A stretch of DNA of 63,310 nucleotides, filler included. It is 6 parts of 6 records of this genome, joined end to end, with 100 filler letters (N's around TTAATTAATTAA, not from the genome) between each part and the next. Parts side by side here need not be neighbours in the genome. Positions count along the whole stretch, not along the records: positions 9,425 to 18,564 come from SRR31156797_7466; positions 18,665 to 32,911 come from SRR31156797_7480; 4 more parts are not named here. One strand, given 5' to 3'. The translations under genes were made by a program, and so were the position numbers. Below are positions 9,453-19,323 of this stretch, one piece after another; positions within the stretch are counted from its first letter, which is position 1, and each line of letters begins with the position of its first letter. Under the pieces are notes generated by a model. The model was not told the DNA's origin. It made no database searches and saw nothing but the letters and a program-made list of their open reading frames with translations.

Positions 9453-10535
9453 CTACCGCCTTTTTCTTCTAAGCATCCAATAAGATAGTAACGAAATAAT
9501 TATGACGCCAATTGTAATTGGAATACCTGCATTATTTTGTTTTGTTTTTAACACCATTTCAACTGATGAACCTGCGATAAATGGATCCATTTTCCAAAAA
9601 ACCGTTTTGCCTCTTATGCTATCAGCATTGGTTTTATATATTTGACCCGGCATCCTCACACTAAACAATAAGTCATCAGTGAAAAGACTCATGTAAAGCT
9701 CCATTTTTTGCTCTAGAATTTCTTGTACTTTTTTTTCTGTCTCTTTGGGCAAATTAATCTCAGAATATCTTTTAATGGTTGATATTAACATTTCAGAATC
9801 TGAGAAATCAAAGTCATCCCTGTTTTGAGCGATCTCGGGCAATATGAACGGGTTTTTATTTTCGCTAGGAGTAGAAAAGGTGTTTTCAGCAATTTTATCA
9901 TACATGAATCTTTTCCATGCATTGAGATTATAAATAGTGTCACTTTCTTTATTGATAATGTATATTATCTCGTCTACTACTGAATTGGCAACCCATGCAT
10001 AATATTTCAACTGAGTAGTATCGTTATCATTGGCCTTACGCGATCTTATCTTTTTAATTTCGGCTTCTGTAAAATATTGCTTGTAGGGTTGTCCGCGGAA
10101 TATTCTATGATATTTTTCCTTATAAATATTTACAGTATTAAACCATTTAAAATTACGTTTGACCTCAATTTGGGGTTTTAAAGGTTTCAATTTATACTCG
10201 TTATTCTCGAAATCCTCCCGAAGCTTCTTGATGTTTTTATATTGCTTTGTAAATGAAATAGTTGTTACGTTTTCTAATGTATCTGTTGCGAAGCTTGTTT
10301 CCCAGGTTGTGTCCATCGGAAAATAGCTGTTTTCGATCTGCCTGTTTATTTCATCCTGCTTTTTATCTTCGGTAATGTTTGTAAATTCTTTCTTTTTAAA
10401 TTGAATATCCTGAATCACAATATATGTTCGCGTAACTGTACCATCGTTGTTAATGATTGTCTTAATTTGAATATCACGACATCCGCTTAGTGCAAGTAGG
10501 AAAAGGGTTAAAAGGGTAAAATATACAATTCGCAT
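9453..10535 (-). CDS. Hypothetical lipoprotein with C-terminal membrane anchor
   Basis: LSGC lipobox, INNDGT motif, MPGQIYKTNADS motif, C-terminal TM followed by RRKRR. Confidence 0.75.
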   Translation of the reverse strand: MRIVYFTLLTLFLLALSGCRDIQIKTIINNDGTVTRTYIVIQDIQFKKKEFTNITEDKKQDEINRQIENSYFPMDTTWETSFATDTLENVTTISFTKQYKNIKKLREDFENNEYKLKPLKPQIEVKRNFKWFNTVNIYKEKYHRIFRGQPYKQYFTEAEIKKIRSRKANDNDTTQLKYYAWVANSVVDEIIYIINKESDTIYNLNAWKRFMYDKIAENTFSTPSENKNPFILPEIAQNRDDFDFSDSEMLISTIKRYSEINLPKETEKKVQEILEQKMELYMSLFTDDLLFSVRMPGQIYKTNADSIRGKTVFWKMDPFIAGSSVEMVLKTKQNNAGIPITIGVIIISLLSYWMLRRKRR

Positions 10536-10591
10536 AAGGTCTTTTTTTTGTGGCAATTTACAAAAAAAAGAGAATTTGCAGTTTATAGCTA

Positions 10592-10624
10592 TAAAAAAAG
10601 GCTACACTTTTTGGTGCAGCCTTT
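10592..10624 (-). terminator. Intrinsic terminator of hcp
   Basis: AAAGGCTACAC-loop-GTGCAGCCTTT with an A-run (U-tail on the minus strand). Confidence 0.7.
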
Positions 10625-10645
10625 CAAAAAGTTTTAACATTATAC

Positions 10646-12283
10646 TTAGTTCAGAATCATAGTTTCCATATCTTCTTCTACATTGGAGATTCCTCCAATA
10701 CCGAAGTTTTCAACCAATACATTGGCTACATTTGGTGAAAGAAATGCAGGTAATGTTGGTCCTAAATGAATGTTTTTCACACCTAGACTTAATAGCGCAA
10801 GCAATACAATTACAGCTTTTTGCTCGTACCATGCAATGTTGTAAACAATAGGTAATTCATTTACATCTTCTAAACCAAATACTTCTTTTAGTTTTAGCGC
10901 AATTATGGCTAAAGAGTAAGAGTCATTACACTGTCCTGCGTCTAATAAACGTGGAATTCCACCAATGTCGCCTAATTCAAGTTTATTATAGCGATACTTG
11001 GCACATCCAGCAGTTAAAATTACATTATCTTCTGGCAATTGATCTGCAAAGTCGGTGTAGTAGTCGCGTGATTTCATGCGACCATCACAACCGGCCATTA
11101 CCACAAATTTCTTAATTGCTCCTGATTTAACAGCATCAACTACTTTGTCGGCTAATTGCATCACCTGATGGTGTGCAAATCCCCCTACGATTTCTCCTTT
11201 TTCAATTTCGGTGGGAGCTTCACATTTTTTTGCATGTTCAATGATTGCTGAGAAGTCTTTTTCACCCTCTTCTGCAATGTGTTTTACGCCATCAAATCCT
11301 GCTGCACCTGTAGTATAAACACGGTCTATGTAACTATCTTTTGGAGGAGTAATGCAGTTAGTCGTCATTAAAATTGGGCCGTTGAAACTGGCAAATTCTT
11401 TATCCTGTTTCCACCATGAGTTTCCGTAATTTCCTACAAAATGTTCATACTTCTTGAATGCAGGATAGTAATTGGCAGGTAACATTTCACTGTGAGTATA
11501 CACATCTACGCCGGTTCCTTCTGTTTGTTTTAGAAGTAACTCCATATCTTTGAGGTCGTGACCACTAATTAAAATACCGGGGTTGTTTCTTACTCCAATG
11601 TTTACTTTAGTGATTTCCGGATTTCCATAGGCTGAAGTGTTGGCTTTATCAAGCAATGCCATGGTTTTTACTCCGAATGATCCTGTTTCCAATACAAGTC
11701 CGGTAAGTTCGTCAGCTGATAGATCTTTGATAGTTGATACAAGTGCTTTGTGAATAAATCCATTGATTTCAGCATCTTTGTGCCCTAATACCCATGCATG
11801 TTGTGCATAAGCAGCTAAACCTTTTAAACCGTAAATTACCAATTCACGTAATGAGCGAATGTCCTCATTCTCAGTGCTCAATACACCAACTATGGTAGCT
11901 TTGGTTAGAAATGTTTTCTCTTCTTTGGGTTCCCAGGTTGCACAATCGTGCAGGCTGGCTGGTGTTACACTATGTTTTTCAGCTAGCTTTTGGGCCATTT
12001 CACGTTTTTCAGCAGCTTCTTTGATGAGTCTTTTGAAAATAGCGCGATCAAAATTGGCATTGGTGATAGTGGTAAACATTCCATGAATTACGAAATAGTC
12101 TAACTTTTCTCTTCCTTCAGCATTGGCTGGAACATTTTCCATGTATACTGAGATACCTTTAAGCATGTACATGAGTAAATCCTGTAATTTAGCAATTTCC
12201 GGATCTTTTCCGCATACGCCTCTTACTGTACATCCTGTGCCTTTTGCGGCTTCCTGACATTGAAAACAAAACATATTTTCCAT
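10646..12283 (-). CDS. hcp: Hybrid cluster protein (hydroxylamine/NO reductase)
   Basis: [16 protein letters not shown]-terminus, [31 protein letters not shown]. Confidence 0.98.
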   Translation of the reverse strand: MENMFCFQCQEAAKGTGCTVRGVCGKDPEIAKLQDLLMYMLKGISVYMENVPANAEGREKLDYFVIHGMFTTITNANFDRAIFKRLIKEAAEKREMAQKLAEKHSVTPASLHDCATWEPKEEKTFLTKATIVGVLSTENEDIRSLRELVIYGLKGLAAYAQHAWVLGHKDAEINGFIHKALVSTIKDLSADELTGLVLETGSFGVKTMALLDKANTSAYGNPEITKVNIGVRNNPGILISGHDLKDMELLLKQTEGTGVDVYTHSEMLPANYYPAFKKYEHFVGNYGNSWWKQDKEFASFNGPILMTTNCITPPKDSYIDRVYTTGAAGFDGVKHIAEEGEKDFSAIIEHAKKCEAPTEIEKGEIVGGFAHHQVMQLADKVVDAVKSGAIKKFVVMAGCDGRMKSRDYYTDFADQLPEDNVILTAGCAKYRYNKLELGDIGGIPRLLDAGQCNDSYSLAIIALKLKEVFGLEDVNELPIVYNIAWYEQKAVIVLLALLSLGVKNIHLGPTLPAFLSPNVANVLVENFGIGGISNVEEDMETMILN

Positions 12284-12372
12284 AATTATTTTTTTTATTG
12301 GTTCTATTATTATGATTAACTTTTATTAAACAGAACTTTGTTTGTGGTTTTATTTTAAAAAAATCAATTTCG

Positions 12373-12564
12373 AAATTCCAAAATTCCAAATTCCAATGTT
12401 CAAATCCCGAATCCTAAGGACTAGGTCCCAAAATTTCCAAATTCCCAACTATAATAATTTATGTGGGTAGAGGTTTTATCTATGTTTACTACTGATCTAT
12501 TCATTTTTGGTATTTGTAATTTGGTATTTGTAATTTGTATTCTGTAATTTGTTTGTTGGAATTT
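12373..12564. repeat. Two oppositely oriented degenerate heptamer arrays (AAATTCC-type and ATTTGTA/ATTTGGT-type)
   Basis: aaattccaaaattccaaattcc...aatttccaaattccc at 12373-12447; tttggtatttgtaatttggtatttgtaatttgta...ggaattt at 12506-12564. Confidence 0.75.
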
Positions 12565-12576
12565 ATTAATTTGATT

Positions 12577-13536
12577 TTAGCTTATCTGTTGATTTACCGG
12601 TGGAGCCCAATCTTCAGAAATTACCTCACCCTGAATACTGACTACCATAACTTTGACCGGAACATACCTTTTTGAAAGCTTTAAGGCTGTCTGAACCAGC
12701 TGAACTAATCCACCACAACATGGTACTTCCATCATCATGATGGTAACGGTATTCAATTTGGCATTATCGATCATTGCCTGTAGTTTTTCCACATAAATCT
12801 CTTTTCCTGAGTCTAATTTAGGACAGGCAATAGCCAATGATTTTCCTTCAAGGTAGCTGTGGAAATTGCCCATACTAAATGCTGTGCAATCTGCAGCAAG
12901 GAGTAAATCTGAATTTTGTAAATACTCCGCATTGGGATTTAATAAATGCAATTGAACGGGCCACTGCTGTAATGCGCTTTGCCCGCTAAGGCTCGGACTC
13001 TGAGCGGAGTGGTCTCTGAGCGTAGTCGAAGAGTGTGAATTGGAATTTGGAATTTGTCTTTCAAAGCTCTTCGCTTGTGCTCCCGGACAACCACCCTGGT
13101 GTGCTACTTTCATTTGTGGTGCATTTATCTTCTGTTCAGTTTCTTTGCCGTGGTTATGAACCTCTTTTACTAAATCATCCACATCAAAATTAACTTTGTC
13201 TGTGTTTTCGCGCAACCATTTTACGCCCTGTTTTAGATAACCAAATTCTTTGTGCTCTTTCATGTGAATAAGGTGTGCTTTGATGGTATTGCGGCCTTTT
13301 GGGGCCATCTCTTTCATTACCAATACTTCATCGTAGGGTTGTGCTTCCCGCTCTTCTAATGTGATTGCATCCTGAGGGCAGTGGCCAATGCATGCACCTA
13401 ATCCATCACACATAAGGTCGCTGATTAATCGAGCTTTTCCATCAATAATCTGAAGGGCCCCTTCGTGACAATTTGGAACGCATACACCGCATCCGTTGCA
13501 TTTGTCCTCATCTATATGTATCATTGTTCGTTTCAT
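12577..13536 (-). CDS. 4Fe-4S dicluster ferredoxin-domain protein (hcp-associated)
   Basis: CNGCGVCVPNC and CDGLGACIGHCP; C-terminal QWPVQLHL, AADC, ACPKLD, MEVPCCGGL. Confidence 0.9.
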   Translation of the reverse strand: MKRTMIHIDEDKCNGCGVCVPNCHEGALQIIDGKARLISDLMCDGLGACIGHCPQDAITLEEREAQPYDEVLVMKEMAPKGRNTIKAHLIHMKEHKEFGYLKQGVKWLRENTDKVNFDVDDLVKEVHNHGKETEQKINAPQMKVAHQGGCPGAQAKSFERQIPNSNSHSSTTLRDHSAQSPSLSGQSALQQWPVQLHLLNPNAEYLQNSDLLLAADCTAFSMGNFHSYLEGKSLAIACPKLDSGKEIYVEKLQAMIDNAKLNTVTIMMMEVPCCGGLVQLVQTALKLSKRYVPVKVMVVSIQGEVISEDWAPPVNQQIS

Positions 13537-13601
13537 CGTCAAATTCTTTTAGGTTGGTTTCATTTTCTAATACAAAAATAGGATAGGGACGTCCGAAATA
13601 C

Positions 13602-13617
13602 TGTCACATATGTTACA
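13602..13617. promoter_or_regulatory. HcpR-type (Crp/Fnr family) operator
   Basis: TGTCAC-ATAT-GTTACA near-palindrome between the divergent Fe-S/hcp genes and the regulator. Confidence 0.7.
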
Positions 13618-13651
13618 ACCGCTGTTTTTTTTCTTAATTTCGTCTAAAAAA

Positions 13652-14329
13652 ATGGATGATTTAATCGGCATATTGCAAAAAGCACCTATTTTCAAGGGAA
13701 TTGAGGCGGATGATTTATTTAAATTGGTAGAGCAATCGAACTACCAAACCAAAAAATATGAAAAAGGACGATTGATATTTCAGGCAGGTGATCCGTGTGA
13801 CAAGTTGATTATATTACTTAAAGGAAAAGTTACTGCAGAAATGCTGGATCCTTCGGGTAAATCATTAAAAATTGAAGACGCAGAAGCACCCCAGTCCCTT
13901 GCTACCGCTTTTATGTATGGGCAAAAGCAGAAAATACCAGTAAATGTAACGGCCGTGAAAGCTGCTGAATTTTTATACATCCAAAAAGAACAGTTTCAAA
14001 AGATGCTAATGCAATCGGAGAAATTGCTAGCTAATTATATCAATATGATATCCACTCGAGCTCAGTTTTTATCGGATAAATTGAAGTTTATGTCATTTAA
14101 TACTATTCGGCAAAAGTTAGCTCACTTTCTTTTAGATAGAATGGAAGCAGAGCAAGAGCCATTCAATGCAGGAATATCGCAAACTGCTATGGCAGAATTA
14201 TTTGGAGTGGCACGTCCTAGTTTAGCCCGATGCATTGGTGAGCTGGAAGACGAGGGTGTCATTTATTGCGAACGTAGTTTTTTTACTGTGTTTGATATGA
14301 ATACGTTGAGAATGGAGCTGATTGAATAA
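13652..14329 (+). CDS. hcpR: Crp/Fnr-family regulator, HcpR-like
   Basis: cNMP-binding-like domain plus HTH (SQTAMAELFGVARPSLAR); divergent from hcp. Confidence 0.8.
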   Translation: MDDLIGILQKAPIFKGIEADDLFKLVEQSNYQTKKYEKGRLIFQAGDPCDKLIILLKGKVTAEMLDPSGKSLKIEDAEAPQSLATAFMYGQKQKIPVNVTAVKAAEFLYIQKEQFQKMLMQSEKLLANYINMISTRAQFLSDKLKFMSFNTIRQKLAHFLLDRMEAEQEPFNAGISQTAMAELFGVARPSLARCIGELEDEGVIYCERSFFTVFDMNTLRMELIE

Positions 14330-14359
14330 AATCAATATAGAGTAAAAGGTTTAATAAGA

Positions 14360-14392
14360 AGTGAGGGTTTCGCTCAAAGCGAAACCCTCACT
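14360..14392. terminator. Bidirectional terminator
   Basis: AGTGAGGGTTTCGCT-caa-AGCGAAACCCTCACT. Confidence 0.85.
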
Positions 14393-14441
14393 CATTGTTT
14401 CTGGGTATTCTTTCTAATTATTTTTGTTTTTCTTACAAAGG

Positions 14442-16523
14442 TTACTTACTAAATTGACTATCAGGTATGTCAATATTTACCTTAATGTCAGTAATATTTA
14501 GCACCATAGGTTGTGGCATCATGCTGTTTTTAATTACAACTTTATGTGGATACATAATTCCATTTACTTTTTTGTAATCCTGAATCATTTGTGTCTGATC
14601 CATAGATCCCTGTGGTGTTTCTTTTGTTGATTTACTCATTACTTTCAAGCCTGAGTCAGTATCATAATAATCGAAACTTATTTGTCCGGTAGGTGAGGTA
14701 ACTTTTATTTTATAAGCATTTGAGCCTTCAACTTCTTCAGTTCCTACAAGATCAAGTTTGTAGCCCAATTCTTCATATCTTAATTCTGTATTGATGATAG
14801 CCTGGTATTTTAATTCTTCCAGTTCATCTCCTGTAATTTCTTTTTCACCCTGCATTCCGCTCATAAATCCTTTTTCACCATCGAATACTTGTTTTTGAAT
14901 AAGCATTCCGTTCATTTTCATTTCATTAAGGAATTTGTTAGGCGCTTTTTGAGCTATTTCAGAAATGATTTTTTGTCCTTGCATTTCCATCTCACCCATT
15001 TGCTTGATGGATTTTATGCTTTCAAGTTTACTTTTTCCTCCAACTGCGTCAATGTAGTTGTCAATTACGTTTTGTGCGGTCATGTCTGTAGGAACTGTGT
15101 TCTTATCTTCTAACTCATTTCCCCAAACATCGTAATATTGAATTTTTCCATCACTATCAAATCGCTTGAGTGTCTTTTTTAGGGTCGATTTATCACCTGC
15201 AACTACGATATGTGCATTTTCAGGCTTAATATATTTTTTAGCCATTTCCAATACCTGGTCTTTGGTTACAGCATTTAATTTCTTTAGGTATGTTGTGTAA
15301 TAGTCGTCTGGAAGGTTATAACGTTCAATATTGAGGGCAAAACGAGCAATTGTTTCAGGCGATTCCATTGCACGCGCAAATGCTCCTGTGTTTACCTCTT
15401 TTATTTGGGCCAGATGCTCGTCTGATACTTTCTCATCAATCATTCGCTGCATCTCAAATAAAAACTCATGAACAGCGCTGTCGGTAACTTCTGTACCCAC
15501 CTCTGCTCCGGCATTAAAATAACCTACTAAGTCATCACTTGAAAGTTGAGAACGTGCTCCGTAAGTATAACCTTTATCTTCACGTAAGTTTTGCATTAAG
15601 CGACCTGAGAATACGCCACCACCCAGAATTTCATTCATTATTTTGGCTGGAATTGCATCAGCACTACCGGGCTTCATATCAATCGGATATGTTATTTTTA
15701 TTACTGACTGTACAGCACCATCTTTATTAACGATAGAAACCTGATTGCCTTCAGGTTGTTGAGGCATATCATAATCATGCGTTGGTATATCGCCTTTTTC
15801 CCAGTTTCCAAAATACTTCTTAGCTAACGTTTCAGCATTTTCTTTGGTAATATCGCCAACTATTACAAGATATGAGTTATTTGGTTTGTAATATGTGTTG
15901 TAATAGTCCACACAAAGATCTCTGGTTAATTTTTTAATGCTTTCTTTGGTTGTGATCTCTCCATAAGGGTGATCTTTTCCATATCGCTTTAGTTGAGCGA
16001 TATTGTTAGCCATTGCATTGGGATCTGTTTCTTGTGTAGAAAGTCCTGATACAGATTGCTTTATATATTTATCAATTTCTTCTTTTGGAAATATTGGATT
16101 TAGGGTGATATCAGACATTACATCAAGAAAACTTTCAGCATGTTCAGTTAAAGCCATTCCAAAAATCCCGCTTGTTCTTGTATATAAATTTGCTCCTATG
16201 AAATCAATCTCTTCGTCTATTTCTGCTTTTGTACGGTTTTTAGTACCCATTCGAAGTAGGCTGGCTGCAGCTTCTGTATATCCCACAGCCTCTTTTTCCA
16301 AAATAGGGTCGTTTTCCAAAGTAAGTTGAAATGAAACGCGTGGTATTTTATGATTCTCTACCACAATTACTTTTAAACCATTGTCTAATTGGAAAGTCTG
16401 TGGTTTATCCATTTTAATTTCAGGGGCCGGTCCGGCCGTAGGTCTTTTACTTCTATCCAGCTGGCAAGAAGTAATGCCGGCCAATATTAAAAGTGCTATT
16501 AATATTTTAAATATATTTTTCAT
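14442..16523 (-). CDS. M16 peptidase non-catalytic subunit, lipoprotein, with extra C-terminal domain
   Basis: ITSC lipobox, LDNGLKV, RLMQNLREDKGYTY; no HxxEH; about 220-aa C-terminal extension starting NYIDAVGG. Confidence 0.85.
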   Translation of the reverse strand: MKNIFKILIALLILAGITSCQLDRSKRPTAGPAPEIKMDKPQTFQLDNGLKVIVVENHKIPRVSFQLTLENDPILEKEAVGYTEAAASLLRMGTKNRTKAEIDEEIDFIGANLYTRTSGIFGMALTEHAESFLDVMSDITLNPIFPKEEIDKYIKQSVSGLSTQETDPNAMANNIAQLKRYGKDHPYGEITTKESIKKLTRDLCVDYYNTYYKPNNSYLVIVGDITKENAETLAKKYFGNWEKGDIPTHDYDMPQQPEGNQVSIVNKDGAVQSVIKITYPIDMKPGSADAIPAKIMNEILGGGVFSGRLMQNLREDKGYTYGARSQLSSDDLVGYFNAGAEVGTEVTDSAVHEFLFEMQRMIDEKVSDEHLAQIKEVNTGAFARAMESPETIARFALNIERYNLPDDYYTTYLKKLNAVTKDQVLEMAKKYIKPENAHIVVAGDKSTLKKTLKRFDSDGKIQYYDVWGNELEDKNTVPTDMTAQNVIDNYIDAVGGKSKLESIKSIKQMGEMEMQGQKIISEIAQKAPNKFLNEMKMNGMLIQKQVFDGEKGFMSGMQGEKEITGDELEELKYQAIINTELRYEELGYKLDLVGTEEVEGSNAYKIKVTSPTGQISFDYYDTDSGLKVMSKSTKETPQGSMDQTQMIQDYKKVNGIMYPHKVVIKNSMMPQPMVLNITDIKVNIDIPDSQFSK

Positions 16524-16534
16524 TATACAGGTTT

Positions 16535-17863
16535 TTATTTGTTTTGTGATTCAGGTAAATAGTAAAGAACAACCCGGTTATCTTTTGTGAGATATTTATT
16601 GGCTGCAGCTTTAATATCTTCTTTAGTAACTGCCATAAACTTTTCAATTTCGGTATTTACTAAATCAGTATTTTTAAAATATGTATAATAACGAGCTAAT
16701 GCATTTGCACGTCCGCTAAGCCTTGCAGAGCTGTTTACAAATTCACTTTTAATTTGGTTTTTCAACTTTTGAAATTCTCTGTCGTCAATATCTCCGCTTT
16801 TAACAGCTTGAATTTCTTTGTTCATTTCAGTTTCTAACTTTTGTGGGTCAATACCCATGTTAGGTAGTGCAAAAGTCAAGGTAACAGTTGGATGTTCAAA
16901 CGGCAATGGGAATAGGTTCACTGCGAGTGCCAATTGTTTTTCATCAACTAGTTTTTTATGTAAACGAGAACTTTGACCACCGGAAAGCATTTTTGCCAAC
17001 AAGTCAACAGCGTAGTAATCTTCTGACCCATAGGCTGGTGTCCGATATGCCTGGATGATAGCTGGTAGTTGAATTTGGTCATAAACCGTATCTCTAATCT
17101 CCCCGCCTAATGGTGGTTCGTTAGGTTCCGGACGACGAATTTCTTTTATGCCTTTTGGAATAGTACTGTAGTATTTATCTACCCATTTTTTTGCCTGGTC
17201 TTTGTCAAAATCTCCTGCAATAACCAATACGGCATTGTTTGGCACATAAAACATATCATAAAATTCCTGGAACTCATGATCTTCGGCAGCGCGAATATGT
17301 TCTTCATCTCCAATTGTTGTCCACTGATATGGATGTTTTTTGTATGCCCTCTTCATTGTTTGGATAAGAATATCGCCGTAAGGACGATTGTCGTAGCGTT
17401 GCTTTTTTTCTTCAATTACCACATTTTTTTGTGTTGCAATTCCAATTGAATCAACTCTTGCATGCAGCATGCGTTCAGCTTCGAGCCATAATCCCAATTC
17501 CAATTGATTGGAAGGTAAAATTTCATAGTAATACGTGCGGTCATTGCTCGTATTGGCGTTTAATGTACCTCCGGCCTTTTCAACGATTTCTGAATATTCG
17601 CCACGTGCTATGTTTTTAGTTCCTTCGAACATCAGGTGCTCAAAAAAGTGAGCAAAACCTGTGCGATCAGGCGTTTCATTTTTTGATCCTACATGATACA
17701 TTACACTAACCGATACAATAGGTGTAGTGTGGTCCTGGTGTAAAATAACATGTAATCCGTTGTCGAGTGTATATTCCTCGAATTCAATTTTGTCGCCTCC
17801 CGCAAGAACCATCATTCCGGGAACAAACAGTAGGGTTAATAAGCCTAACAACTTTTGTCGCAT
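16535..17863 (-). CDS. M16 (pitrilysin family) zinc peptidase, catalytic subunit
   Basis: Signal peptide; GFAHFFEHLMF inverted zinc motif; NANTSNDRT. Confidence 0.95.
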   Translation of the reverse strand: MRQKLLGLLTLLFVPGMMVLAGGDKIEFEEYTLDNGLHVILHQDHTTPIVSVSVMYHVGSKNETPDRTGFAHFFEHLMFEGTKNIARGEYSEIVEKAGGTLNANTSNDRTYYYEILPSNQLELGLWLEAERMLHARVDSIGIATQKNVVIEEKKQRYDNRPYGDILIQTMKRAYKKHPYQWTTIGDEEHIRAAEDHEFQEFYDMFYVPNNAVLVIAGDFDKDQAKKWVDKYYSTIPKGIKEIRRPEPNEPPLGGEIRDTVYDQIQLPAIIQAYRTPAYGSEDYYAVDLLAKMLSGGQSSRLHKKLVDEKQLALAVNLFPLPFEHPTVTLTFALPNMGIDPQKLETEMNKEIQAVKSGDIDDREFQKLKNQIKSEFVNSSARLSGRANALARYYTYFKNTDLVNTEIEKFMAVTKEDIKAAANKYLTKDNRVVLYYLPESQNK

Positions 17864-18564
17864 AATTTTGAGTTTTAATTAAGTGATTCGTATTGAGTTT
17901 TATAAATTCTTTATTGCTGCCCTTTGTAATTTAGTTCGAAAGCAAATCCCTGGTTATGTTTTGTGTTATGTCTTTCTCTCCTTTAGAAAAAAGATACTAG
18001 CGTTTACCCATGATTTTGGCTTCGGCAACAAATTTATAATTTTTAATCAACTTTGAATAATCGATAAAATAATTGTCTAAAATTGAAACACCTTTTAAAT
18101 TGCAGTTTGCTGAGTTTGCAAGCTGTAAGGAATCAATTTCTGGTATTTCCATAGATTCGATCTACCTGTTGTGTTTAAAAGCTGTGTTTTTTATAATTCA
18201 AAATTTGAAGGTTATTTTACAGTATGGAAGTTCTTTTCGCTAAATTCCATAAATCATCTGTTTATTTAATTCCATTCTAAATTGATACTTCGTATTTTAC
18301 GGACAACAATATTATGTGATTTAACTAGCTAATTACACTTTTATTAAATGAAAAACAAATTCCTAACCATCTAATTGATAGTTTCAATACTATCGTTGTT
18401 CAGTTTTTTAAGGTCTAAAAGTATCAGGCAGTTGAAATTGGTGAAAAAGAAATTGAAATCGGTTAATCCGCTTGAGATACGCACAGAAAGCTATAGTTTT
18501 TCAATACCTATGAGTGTAAATTGCAATTTATGTCTGCAAGCTAAATTATGCTATCGCAGAATGC

Positions 18565-18664
18565 NNNNNNNNNNNNNNNNNNNNNNNNNNNNNNNNNNNN
18601 NNNNNNNNTTAATTAATTAANNNNNNNNNNNNNNNNNNNNNNNNNNNNNNNNNNNNNNNNNNNN
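18565..18664. other. Artificial contig spacer
   Basis: N-run containing TTAATTAATTAA. Confidence 0.99.
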
Positions 18665-18665
18665 G

Positions 18666-19268
18666 AGCCCCTGGAACATGATGCAGAGCTGGGGAATCCC
18701 TTCTGTCAACCTGCATTCAAAGGCATATGAATATGCGTCCATTCTGGCAGCCAAAGGGAAAAAAGTGGTTGACCTTTCCTTTGCAGGCGGTTTTTCCTAC
18801 GAAGACAGTATCTTCAAGGGACTTGCCCTTGGAGCACCCTATGCCAAGCTGATTTGCATGGGTCGCGGTATAATGATCCCAGGCTTCCTCGGCTCCAATA
18901 TCGAGGGTGTCCTCAGACCGGAAAGAAAAGCTGCTGTTTATGGTAACTGGGACAAGCTGCCCAAGACAGTCACCGACATCGGCTCTTCCGCGGAAGAAAT
19001 ATTTGCCTGTTATCACGATGTTGAGAAATTGGTTGGTAAAGACGAAATAAAGAATATTCCTTATGGAGCGATTGCCTTCTGGACCATGGCTGACAAAATT
19101 GGCTGTGGACTCCAACAACTCATGGCAGGAGCAAGAAAATTCAGTTTAAATGAAATATCACGCGATGATATTATTTCTGGAAACAGGGAAACCGCCCGTG
19201 AAACAGGAATCCCATACATGACTGAAGTCAACAACGAATCCGCCTTAAAAATTCTCAACACCTTATAA
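18666..19268 (+). CDS. FMN-binding glutamate synthase-related protein, C-terminal part (5' truncated)
   Basis: SPWNMM..WGIP, AGGFS.ED.IFKGLALGAP, GLQQLMAGARKF. Confidence 0.8.
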   Translation, partial: SPWNMMQSWGIPSVNLHSKAYEYASILAAKGKKVVDLSFAGGFSYEDSIFKGLALGAPYAKLICMGRGIMIPGFLGSNIEGVLRPERKAAVYGNWDKLPKTVTDIGSSAEEIFACYHDVEKLVGKDEIKNIPYGAIAFWTMADKIGCGLQQLMAGARKFSLNEISRDDIISGNRETARETGIPYMTEVNNESALKILNTL

Positions 19269-19290
19269 TTAACAACGAGACCGATTCAAT

Positions 19291-19322
19291 CTTCGGGCAG
19301 GCCGTAAACGCCCTGCCCGAAG
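19291..19322. terminator. Bidirectional terminator
   Basis: CTTCGGGCAGG...CCTGCCCGAAG between convergent genes. Confidence 0.85.
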
Positions 19323-19323
19323 C

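Noticed and set aside
18348..18564. Signal-peptide-like reading frame with an internal stop at the contig end
   Set aside because: Truncated and unrecognisable; cannot distinguish a pseudogene from chance.
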